DNA of 64,000 nucleotides from Schmidtea polychroa (Eukaryota): NCBI GenBank assembly GCA_044892525.1, contig CM097888.1, positions 72,664,001 to 72,728,000 of the forward strand, read 5' to 3'. Shown piece by piece: positions 50,283 to 62,000 of this stretch (position 1 is its first letter; each line of letters starts with the position of its first letter). The notes under the pieces were generated by a model. It saw only the letters and a program-made list of their open reading frames with translations, ran no database searches and was not told where the DNA came from. The position numbers and the translations under genes were made by a program.

Positions 50283-51599
50283 AAGTCAAAAAAAAGTCGA
50301 CAGATGGTGAAAAATTAGCCGACTGCAAACCCAAAAAAGTAACCGACATCCAACAAATCCGAAAAAAATCATCGACAATTTAATTGAAATTATTTTGTGG
50401 AAAAAGTTAACTAATAAAAGTTAGTTATTATAAATTTTCCGTACGGTTGGGGGGTGCGGGCGTTGAATGTACGTATACCCTTATGACCTAACCCTTAGAC
50501 GCTGTACCCCTATGGGGACAAAACATCCTGTCGGATAGTCTACTACTATATAAGGTAAGACTTTTGTATCTCCGCAACTATATATTTTTTCGTAAATTTT
50601 TCAACGGAATCTAAGTAAAAAAGTGACGGACTACTTCTCTGCAAAGTTTCAATTTAAAATTCTATCGGGAACACATAGGAAAAACTATTTTTTTAGGATT
50701 TTTTCGGGTTTCAACATTGGCGACGATTTTAACCAATTGAAGCTTTTTTTCTTTGGCGACGATTTTTTTGGCTTCCATATTCGACTATTCTAACCCTCAC
50801 TCGCTATATCTCCAAATATGTTATAATCATGCTATACATTTAGCTGTATGGAAATATTTTATATAAAACATACAGATTTCCTAAATCATTCAACAGACTC
50901 AAATAAAATTAGCAGTGATGAATCGAACACAGATGATGCTGAATGTTCTGATATTGAGTGAATGGTTCCTGAAAATGTAATAATGTAATAACAGGATATA
51001 TATAAAATTCGAAAAGAATTGTGCTATTTTATTCAATTGCAAACTTATGTTAAAATATTTAAAAAAGAGAACAGCAGCTTTCTTTGGATTGTCAAACACT
51101 CTGGAATACCATTGTAATTATGATCGAAAGATTTTTGAGAATCAAACATCTGATAATATAAGCGTTAAGTGATCTCAAAATGAATGTTGAATGATATGAA
51201 GAGAATGAATATTTAAATGCATATAGAATTTCAAGAGAACCCTTAAGTTGGCTAGTTGCTAATTTATTAACAGCAGAAAGTTTTGTTAAAGTATATATTG
51301 AAGATCCTTTCAAAAAGTATTATCAATAATCTATTTGAGGGTTAATGGAGCAGAAAACAAAACGCACGGATCTTTACTACAATTTCTTCAATAGTTTAGA
51401 GAAAATGGTAAAAAATTCGTTCCGAGATCCCCGAGAAAAATTGTTACTAATTTGGTAATTCCCAAGTCTCGAAAAAACAAAAAGTTCGAGAAATCACTAT
51501 AAGCAAGTTGTTCGGAAATTTTAATTATGAGATTGTTTATTCTGTTAAGTACATAACATATTTATTAACAAATCTAAAAGCCCAATTGAATTGAGTACG

Positions 51600-51800
51600 G
51601 ACCTCGTTGATAAATTTACATGTAATGGATATGATGCCATATATAATGGAGACTTCCGTCATCTCTGTACTCGCTTTATTGAACATTGTTGACCGAAGGA
51701 ATGGACTAACAAAAGTGAGAACATTAAATGCTGTATAAGTAAAATCAGTATGTCTGATTTGAAAATTTGATTAAAAACGTAATAATTATTTTGAACGTGT
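51600..51800 (+). mobile_element. Decayed Penelope GIY-YIG fragment
   Basis: Resembles the YIGE.SRHL.TRF.EH region; similar to 38700-38900. Confidence 0.5.
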
Positions 51801-52839
51801 GCTATTCTGTCATATATTCCGTTTCCTCATTAAATATTAACAGAACTATTTCAGCTTAACAGTTTTTTTTTATTTGCATTTTATATATTTAGAAATGTTT
51901 GTAATATGTTAATTATTAATTGCTTTACAAGAATTATCTTGATTTGAAGAAAAATAAGGCATCATAAGATCCAATACTACGATGGAAAACCATTAAAAAT
52001 GTCAGCAAAGAAAACCTTTTCAATAATGAAAAATATACCTTTGGATAACCATGGTGTCAGTTTGTATAAATAATTGACTTATGTGCGGCAATGAAAAGCA
52101 GACTAAAACATGTCAATGTCAACGGAAACAATGTCAATGATATCAATGAGTGTAGTAAATCCATTGGCAGAGACAAGGCGGAAATAATTACATGATCATG
52201 AAAGCGATCCAGACAAAAACCCAGAAAGCGAAAACTATAGCAATGCCACTCGTAGAAGAAAAATACTGCCAATATGGAACACGAGTTTACGGTTATTACA
52301 ATATCCTATACAAATAGACTAATAGAGATTCAGTGGAACCCTGACATGAATGCTTTAGAACTATGAAGACTGCTAGAAGGGCTGCGACGAATGTATTAAT
52401 GTCAATACACGTGACTATCAAGATGAATAACAGGTACACCAGTCACACATGTGGAAATATATGGAAGTTGATCACAGGCGTAAACAATTATTTCAAGAAA
52501 AATAAAAATCTACTAAAGAAAATTGCGATGCACTATTAAAATAATTTTAAAAAAGCACTAAAATAGACCACTAAATGAAATCAAGAGGAGCCATGCAAAT
52601 TACTAAATAATGAGATCATTCGTGTAATCTAAGTATGGGATACCTTCATAATAAATTGTGAAATTATTAAGATTGTTGATATCATATAACCTGAGTATGA
52701 AATTTAAAAATTAATTTAAAATTGTGGAAATTCGACAAATACAAATATTAAAATAATGCAATTCGATTTTTAAATATATAAAAATTAAATTTAATAAAAA
52801 TAAATTTTATTAATGACATCAATTTATTATCCATATCTT

Positions 52840-53232
52840 CTAACAGACTGGGAAATATTTAACAGCTCTACCAACTTTCGCTGCATTTGCACTAAATGAA
52901 CCTCATTAAATTTGGAGAAATTATGTTATCAATCACTCACGTTTCACATTCGTAAATTGGTTTCATTTCTTTCGATGATGGAGGGGAAATTTTACATTTA
53001 ACGCATTTTATTCCTTCACCGATTCTCACAATCAAGGATTTCGCTGCTGAAAATCGTTGTCCATTTATTAAAACAAATGGTGAACCTGAAAATATAAATA
53101 ATAATTAAATTTGAATTTTTATCAATTGACTTAACCTGATTGGTCAAAGCTCCCAACTCCGCTAAATTCACCCGCATCAGCCATTGAGATTACAAATGCA
53201 ATTGCAAAAAAGGCAAAAATAATTGATTTCAT
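52840..53232 (-). CDS. Novel small secreted protein, 97 aa, 3 exons, 4 Cys
   Basis: Exons 53232-53136, 53085-52941 and 52891-52840 have 50- and 49-bp GT-AG introns with matching phases. The product is MKSIIFAFFAIAFVISMADA-GEFSGVGSFDQSGSPFVLINGQRFSAAKSLIVRIGEGIKCVKCKISPPSSKEMKPIYECETANAAKVGRAVKYFPVC. TATAAATAG lies 31 bp upstream of the ATG and AATAAA follows the stop. Confidence 0.85.
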
Positions 53233-53263
53233 TGTAGATGTTTGTTAAAGTAGAAATTTTTAC

Positions 53264-53272
53264 CTATTTATA
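53264..53272 (-). promoter_or_regulatory. TATA box of the secreted-protein gene
   Basis: TATAAATAG on the minus strand, 31 bp upstream of ATG 53232. Confidence 0.55.
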
Positions 53273-53289
53273 TGAATTTAGAATTGGTT

Positions 53290-53650
53290 CAGATCGTGAG
53301 TTCTGTGTGCAACTGTTGCGCAATCGGTTAGATTTACGCATGATTAAATGAAGGAGTTGATTTTTGAATATTGAAAACAGTGACTAGAAGCTCAGTAGAA
53401 TATGTCAATGTGTATCATAATCACACAATATATTGCGTCATATAAACTCTGTCGGTGTCAAGGGCAAGTTAAAAGATAAATTGAAGGTGAAATTGTTGCG
53501 CAATCGGTCAGAATTCTATTTGGTAAAATGAAAGGATAGGAATGGATACGTGAAAATTATGATTAATACTTTAAATCTAGCCGATTTAGTATGACAAATA
53601 ATATCAAATATTGCATCACTAGACTAACAAGGGTCAAAGAGTTAATTGAA
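53290..53650. promoter_or_regulatory. ~180-bp tandem duplication upstream of the secreted-protein gene with bZIP-type motifs
   Basis: TGTTGCGCAATCGGT occurs twice (TTGCGCAAT at 53316 and 53496). ATTGCGTCA is at 53432 and ATTGCATCA at 53610. Confidence 0.5.
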
Positions 53651-54808
53651 AATTTTCACAATACTTAATTTTTAAAAATTTCCTAATTATTTGTCAAAAA
53701 ATAAAATAACCATTATTCAAAGAAAATGTTTTCAGGAAGAATTGTGTACCTAATGGTAAACTGTGACTTATTTAATGATTAATTTTGGGAGATTTATGAA
53801 TATAAATTAAGTAATAATAAATAGAATTATAAAAATAATAACAAATTACCATTCGAAGATCCAGAAAACTTAAAGTACGAACGAACGTTAAAACGAATGA
53901 GCAGAAAAGAAATAATAACAATTATAAATATTTTTAAAATCTTAGAGCATAAAGCAATAACAAAGGGATTAGCAAATAAACGAAAGACGTAACTTAAAGA
54001 AAAATTATTTTACTGGCAGAACCGCCTGTTGAATTCCACTGATGTTATGCCCTAGTTGGCATGTACGGCATAGTGATATAGTTGATAGCAATTTTTTGAC
54101 ATTTTTGAAGTTCATTGCAATTGTATGTTTTATCAATCAATCTATATTTTCTTGGGTGTCCCTCGATTTGATAACTAAGAATACGAATGGAGTACTAATC
54201 AAAAACAAATTCAATTTACACTTTAATCATTATTTCAAATAAAATATTATGACATTATTTGAAATATTTGATATTTAAAGGATAACTTTGAACTTTTTCT
54301 CAACATTATTCAATTGGCAAGGGACAAATTTGTACTCTGAAAATATTAAAAGTGAAAGTTCGTAAAATATCCATCTTTTAATTTAACTTTTTTACTCATC
54401 TCTAACACCACTAGAAACGAATTCCGTTGATCATTATGTTCATATTCTAATTTATATTTATTATTTAACTGTTTATTTGAAAAATTATATTTTTGAAAAA
54501 TAACAAAGATCAAATTATTGACAAATTTTCCTACAATATTTAAAGGAACATTAGTAAATCTTTAGATATTGTTAAATAAAAATTACAAAAAAATTTCATT
54601 GGGTAAACAAGTTATTATCCAAACATAAATTAAATAATACAATTAAAAAATATCAAGATCGTCTATATAACATACAATTTATGTTCTGAAGCAGATTGCG
54701 AATTATTTATTAGTAATTTTACATTCAATTAATAGTGCTACCAGGAAACCATCGTTTTATCAAATATTTCCTTTGACAATAGGAAATCATTTATAAATTT
54801 TATTTTAG

Positions 54809-55100
54809 AAATCTACCAATTGCTATAATAGGATCTCTGTCTATTGTCACTGTTATATATGTCACTACGAATATTGCTTATTTGGCTGTTTTATCACCAC
54901 GAGAAATGCTCGAATTAGGTTCTAAATCAGTTGCTGTTGCAGTGGTTAGTGAATTTTCTACTTTGCAAATTATCAAAATTCATATTAATTAAATAGGTTT
55001 TTGCTGATCAAACTATGGGAATATTTTCTTGCTTAATGCCGATTTTCGTAGGGGCATCAGTATTTGGAAGCATGAATGGTGAATTTCTTTCTGTTTCAAG
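54809..55100 (+). CDS. Two internal exons of an SLC7/LAT-type amino-acid transporter (plus strand)
   Basis: Exon 54809-54944 is NLPIAIIGSLSIVTVIYVTTNIAYLAVLSP...VAVAV and exon 54997-55100 is VFADQTMG...MPIFVGASVFGSMNG...SR. Both are open with canonical splice sites. No upstream LAT exon was found in the window. Confidence 0.85.
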
Positions 55101-55227
55101 GTATTACTTTTCATATTATTATTGTATATTTTTGAAATCTGTATAGTATTAATTTTAAACTGATTGCATGCGATAAAATTATCATCTAAATGCTATTAAA
55201 CTTACATAAACATTCAAGGAACAATAT

Positions 55228-56266
55228 TGTGTAGGTCCGTAAATTAAAATAAATTTAAATGAAATTTAGGTTAATAATTTAAATAAAAAGTGAAGAAAAA
55301 AGACAAATAAAAGCGTGATCATGCACAGAATCGATAGTAAAGGAAAGTGTGATGGAAGCAGTATTAGAAAATGCCAAAAGCAATTACGAAAGGCAAGAAT
55401 CCGGAAATCCGAGAAAAATCAATAAATTGTAAAATTATCGAAATCGAATTGGGAAAACGGGACAGGTATAGAGTAGCTAATGGTCAACAAGATGATGGTT
55501 AGGGATTTATCAGAAAATGGTTAGGAAGGGTCGAAATGCATCCAAATGTGTAAAAACAGAAAATGTTAATTAATTAATTAATTGGCTAATAGAAAACCCG
55601 AGCCAGTGGAGAACCGGAGAGATGAAGAAAACCCGAGCTGGGTAAACAAGAAGAAAAGTAAACAGAAGGAAGATTTGGGCCCATTAGCTTGACACAATGA
55701 TTAATTGGAAAAGAGTAAGGAGAAGATAGTGCGTGTAGAAAGGCCGGAAGGGCCAATAATTATCTTGGTTCGTTGAACTATTATGGGTGACAGCCGAAGC
55801 AGATACGTGGAAGCAAATGTCAAGTGAAAGATTGGCTCGGCAATAACCATTTGTCATCCCGATTTCGAGGAGTATATAAGGAAAGGGAAAATCAGAGAAA
55901 ATCGGCATTTTGCCTCAGATAGGGTAAGAAGAAACTGAGCTTAGGAAAAGGCGAAAACGGATCTAGGAGATTAAGCAAAAAGAAGAGATAGAATAAGAAT
56001 AAAAAGCGTGAAAAGGATCAAATCAAACAGAAAAAGAGGAAAACGTTGGTCAAGAGAATCTAAGAAACTAAAAGGTGAATATTATCTTTATCAAAGCATC
56101 AACACCGAGCGGAGAATCGGTCAAACGGAATTTTGATTGTTAATTGTAAAGTGGTGATAAAGGATTGTGAATTTGTTATTTCAATATACGTTGGGTCGTT
56201 ATCGTTTTGATTTAAGGGACACGAGGAGTCAGAGGGAACCGACTTAAAGTAATCTAAAACCCAACA
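55228..56266. mobile_element. Solo LTR (1039 bp)
   Basis: TGT...CCCAACA termini and a 4-bp TSD ATAT; related copies at 5731 and 25500. Confidence 0.7.
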
Positions 56267-56741
56267 ATATATTACACACAGTTTTATATTTATATTTTAT
56301 ATTATACACTAATAACTAAATAATGCACTAATATCACAAACAAAATGTCTTTATTTTAACCATTAATTTAAATATTTTTGATGATATTTTAGCAACCATG
56401 AGTTAGCAATTGAATAGGAATATTCATACACAAGCTTTCAATAAATATTTTCTTTTTTAAATTTCAAACATTTTATGAGTATTATGAAGAAAGAAATTAA
56501 AAAATTTAATAGTAATAAATTATATTCTTATTATTTTATTGTGAAATCGTCAAAATTTCAGGAAAATTTGATATATCAAGTCTTAATATAATCCTTTATT
56601 TTCTTCACCATTCTTTGACTATTTCCAATTTCATTTTTAAAGATTAATTATAATTTGACACATATTTCGGACACAAAATTTATCAAATACTCTTTCAATC
56701 TTGATGCTTTTGTTTAATATATTTTTTTATATTTCAAATTA

Positions 56742-57734
56742 CACTAAAACCTCGATTTGCGTCGTTAATTGGGCCCCAAGAAAGACACCGTAAATTGAAA
56801 TTAATTTTTCCATATAAAAATGTATTTTGTTAAATAGTACTAAAACATAAGATCCCTTGGATTATAAACTATTTTTATTTCAATCATTATACATAAATAC
56901 TTTATACATATGTAATCATTATACATATGTAATACATAAACCAACACAATTGTAATACATAAATTCATTAATATATTAAATAAAATATAAAACATAAATT
57001 CATTAAATAACAAATAAAATAACATAAAAATTCATTAAATAAACAAAATATGAAATTCATTGCACAGAAACAGTTTGTAACTGTCTTTTTTAAAATTCTA
57101 ATTCGATGAATTTGACGATTCTAAATCGATTAACGTTTCTGTAGACTGGTTTTGGTTTGGTTCTCGTAATGTTACAGTTAAAAACTCGTCTAAAGTTTTC
57201 TAAACTTGTGCAGGTTTTTTTCATGTAAATTTCTTTATGGCAATTGATAGCGTTATTAATAGTTCGCGTAACCGTTAAGCATCAATTTTCATCAGGGTCA
57301 TTATCTACAAAAATGTTATCTACCAATGAACCTACAACATTTATAGAAATGAAATCTTCATTATTAAGTTCTTCATCATGTGATATCAATATCTCATTAA
57401 TATCAGCTTCCTCCATGTCTTCAAAGTTTGCTTCTCTAGCTAATTCAGAAATTTCTATACGAACAGTTGGTACAATGTCTACTTCTGCATCTTTATCTAC
57501 GCTTTCTGGTCATAGTTGACGCCAAATTCCGTTCATACATGTTTTTTTTACCTCCATCCATGAATGGTTTATATTTTTGATATGTTATAAATTTTCCAAA
57601 AAATTTTACATTGAAAATTTATTTTAAATGGGAAATTTAAGCAATGCAAATCGAAATTTTAACGAAGCAACTCTGAAATAACAAAATTTCAAAAACAACA
57701 CAACTTCGAAAACTACGCAAATCGAGGTTTTGTG
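56742..57734 (-). mobile_element. Internally deleted Tigger element
   Basis: TIRs CAC(T)AAAACCTCGATTTGCGT with TA duplication, verified against the empty site at ~61190. The minus strand at ~57250-57540 encodes a Tigger C-terminus (GIWRQL*PE...FEDMEEADINEILISHDEEL). Confidence 0.88.
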
Positions 57735-57914
57735 TACTATAAAATTTTTATAAAAATTTTACGTTCATTAATTCAAAGTCAATAATTAGTCATAAAATAA
57801 TAATTGGTAATAAATAAACTGTTGGTTGTCATGTTTATAACACTTTTTGTTTACAATTATTGCATGAACTTGCAATTTTTTACTCAATTGCCACCATATA
57901 TTTATTTCATTATT

Positions 57915-58068
57915 ATATGGCAGCTCTGTCCGTTGTGTTTACGTTCACTCCAAGCATTTCGTACCTCATAGAACTAGCAGGATTTTCATTCTGTGTGATT
58001 TCAGGCATGGCAGTATCATGTCTTATTTATCTACGAATAGTGTCCAAATTTACCCAGGAATTTTAAAG
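57915..58068 (+). pseudogene. Dead duplicate of the SLC7 exon at 61019-60870
   Basis: The acceptor TATAG is changed to TATATG, and a 2-bp deletion (ATA-AAG-TGT to ATA-GTG-T) shifts the frame. Confidence 0.85.
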
Positions 58069-59095
58069 TTTTTTTCGTTTATATATATTAGTCAAAATAC
58101 GTTAGAATAGACATTGTTAGACATTTGCTAGAGTATCTCCAAAATAAAATGTTGAAAAAAAATTCTATTTTAAAACATTTCTATATTAAAAAATATTTTG
58201 TATATAGTAAAAATACTGGGGAAAACATTTTCATAATCTATTTTTTCTAAATTGCCTACCTCGTACAAATTAAACCATTACGATTATAAAAAAGTTTTGC
58301 AATGACTCACTTTCTTTGCTACCTTTCTCTGAAGATCTCTCGGATCACTTAAAATCATACCAAAATGTTCACAGATTCATAACGCTTCGGATGATATGTC
58401 GTTTGGATAAGTCAGACGTTCAATCAGCTAATCAAAAGTTCTATTTCTGTTGACTCGTTTCTCCCTACTCTCGAATCTAATAAACTAACAATAGAAAAAT
58501 CCTTCGGTTCATGAACGTTAAAAAATTGGACAATTAGTATTTCTTCCCTAATCTATGTTTCACCTGCCACTCCCCCAAGAAGTATATTGTATTTCTTAAA
58601 AGGTTTGGCTATGAATCAGTAAATATATATCGATGTTTTTGATATATTTACTGATTCATAAAAGAAATAAAAGAAATTAGTGGTGAAATTGGAAAAAAAA
58701 GTTTTTACAATAATATATATAAACAAATCTGAATTGTGATCCACCAACATTTTTGAAAAAATCTTATGTAACTAATTGACATTAAATCAAGTTTTAATGT
58801 AAAATCTAAATTTAATGATTAATATTCAAACACTTGTAAATTTCAAGGTCATAAATATCGAAAACTATTCCCAATATTAAAGACTGGTGAAAATATATAA
58901 TATTCCTAAATTTTTAAATCACTTATCATATAATATTTAATGCAAATTTTAAAAATATACAAGAAATAAAAAATAAAATGTATTTGTCGAAAATAGTATA
59001 CATATTTCAATAGCAAAAATAATTAATTAAAATAATTTTAAAATGGTACAAAATGTTAAAAATTTCCAATCAGAATTGAAATATTATTTTTTTAA

Positions 59096-62000
59096 TCACT
59101 TTTCTTTTTCTTCAGGCACCACGAGAAATGTCTTTTGAATATATATGGTAAGGGATTCTAAATTATTGATAAATATAAATATTGATATTAACAACCAGAA
59201 AACCTGTGAGATTGGTAACCGATTTGGGCTTGGATTTCCAAACAACAAATATAATATATATTGGTATTCCTAAAGCAATTATGGCAACACCTATAAGGGA
59301 ATCTGTTGGTTTTTCATAGACTGTCAATATTCCAATGAATATATCGAGTGCAAGAAACATAATTGGCAAAATTATAGGAAGCTAAATTTTTAAAATATTA
59401 ACAATTATATGCGTTAACAAAATATTTGTTATCATTTTTAGCTTAAACACTAGGGATTTTATATAAATTATGATTTACATATATCAAATATATTAATCTT
59501 ATTTATTTATTGATTATGGTCCATTATGATCTAAACTTTTTCAGCATCCCATAAGTTCCAAAAAATAAAATTTTGAATAAAATTCAAGAAAAGATATACT
59601 TCCTTCATCTTACCTCTTAAATCGAACTTGTAAGAGAGGTAATCCAGAAAGAAATCAATTTTGGCAATCATGGGCATACTTTCTATTAGAAGCTGTTAAC
59701 AAATCTTCTAAATTACTTTTTAAATCCGGTTCAAAAGTTAACGACATAATTCCAAGTATTTTTTATTTCAAAAATTATTCATTAAAAAAACTTCTTTTTT
59801 AGAAAGCTATTTTAATTTTTAATGAACAAATTTCAACTTAAAAAATCCAATTTAAAAATTATTTAAAAGGTATTTTAATAGTCAATTATTTACAATTTAA
59901 AATTATTTTGATAAATCATTGAAATATTTAATTCTCAGCTGAAAATACCTCACACTTTTAATACCTTTTTGAATAGAAGAATATTGAAGAATTTGAAGAA
60001 GACATAATTGATATGTTGAATAATTGAAACCTAAAGGGCGCACTTTGATTCTCATGCAATCCCTCCAAGATTATGCATTATATTTTTAATCCAAACCATT
60101 GCTGACGGTTTTATTCCACGTGGCGTATAAAGTAGCCAAATCTAAAAAACCCTTAAATTGCAGAATAGGTGATACAATCGTGTGCATTAGAATTGGCAAC
60201 AATTGTTTTGGGAAAAGAAGACTCAAACAAAATTAAACTAGTGTCGTTATCAAATAATGTTATTAGGAGCCGAATCGCTGGTTTGAATTTGAATCACATT
60301 ATAGAAGATGTAGAAATAACATGTTATAGAAATTACAAGTTGGAAAATTAAGTCGAGAACTTCTTTCAATTTTCAGCAATGATTTCTTTTCAAATAACAT
60401 CATATTTTTTAAAAAATTGACTGAGTCAGTAAAGATTTCGATGTTTTTTTGTAAGTCACAAATTTTCGGCACAGCCTTTTTTGATTTGAAATTAATTATA
60501 CACTTTCACATTTATTCTTAAACAAATTATTATTTTGAACCTTGAGTTTAAAGAATAAGAGAATAAATAAAAAATTCCTGGCCCGTGGTGCACTGCTGTA
60601 CTAAAAATTTGCTGAGTTTAAAATGTTTATATTGATTTATTAAAAAATAATAACATCAATAAACTCACTAATTATTAATTAAAATTATTAGAATTGGTTT
60701 TTTAGTTATTTCCATAAACATCTTAAAACAAATTCAGAGTAGCTTTAAAATTTTTAGAATGTGACTCTTTAACTGTCAAGATATATAATTTAGAAAATGC
60801 AAATAAAATTTTAACTGTAGCTTAAATTATTACATATAATATATTCTAGTATATATAAACAAAACAAACTTTAAAATTCCTGGGTAAATTTGGACACTTT
60901 ATTCGTAGATAAATAAGACATGATACTGCCATGCCTGAAATCACACAGAATGAAAATCCTGCTAGTTCTATGAGGTACGAAATGCTTGGAGTGAACGTAA
61001 ACACAACCGACAGAGCTGCCTATAATAATGAAATAAATATATGATGGCAATTGAGTAAAACATTGCAAGTTCATGCAATAATTGTAAACAAAAAGTGTTA
61101 TAAACATGACCACCAACAGTTAAATTATTATTTTATGACTAATTATTGACTTTGAATTAATGAACGTAAAATTTTTATAAAAATTTTATAGTAATTTGAA
61201 ATATAAAAAAATATATTAAACAAAAGCATCAAGATTGAAAGAGTATTTGATAAATGTTGTGTCCGAAATATGTGTCAAATTATAATTAATCTTTAAAAAT
61301 GAAATTGGAAATAGTCAAAGAATGGTGAAGAAAATAAATGATTATATTAAGACTTGATATATCAAATTTTCCTGAAATTTTGACTAAAAGTCAATTGATT
61401 CACGATTTCACAATAAAATAATTAGAATATAATTTATTACTATTTAATTTATTTTTTTAATTTCTTTTTCATAAAATGATTGATATTATAGTTTTGTGAA
61501 TGAAAAAACTGTTGTAAATAGTAGATCAATGATGAAGAAAGTAAAATTTTTTTATTGAATAAGTATACCGAAAATATAAATTGCACTATTCAAAACAATA
61601 TTAAAAACAAAATATAAATATAATGGGGTTTTCGTGTGAATTGGAGTTCAAGGACAGAGCCCCACGAAAAATTTGAGTCACATTTTAAAATATAATAAAA
61701 TTTGTAATGAAATCCTCGGCAAATAATAATTTATAATTTTCATAAAATTTTCGAAAAATATTCAATCAAAAAATTTATTGAATCTTTAGCAATAATTTGT
61801 TATTATTATTTTTAAATATAAAACGATAGTTTCCTGGTTGCGCATAAATTGAAAATAAAATTATTAATAAGACTGGTATAAACTTGGTACAAGTTTCAAA
61901 TTTAAATAAAAGAAATAAAATGAAGAGAACTATTTCATATTCGAAAATTCTCATTTTTGTTCTTAATAAATTTACAGCAACGACTTAGTATATCATTAAT

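Larger units (their letters stand above)
56485..58090. repeat. Inverted duplicate of ~60850-61475, interrupted by a Tigger insertion
   Basis: High identity by eye to the reverse complement of 60850-61475. This copy has a 17-bp deletion and the Tigger insertion; the other copy shows the empty TA site. Boundaries are approximate. Confidence 0.9.

Noticed and set aside
50480-50500. TAACCCTTAG telomere-like motif
   Set aside because: Single unit inside a MITE-related sequence, not an array.
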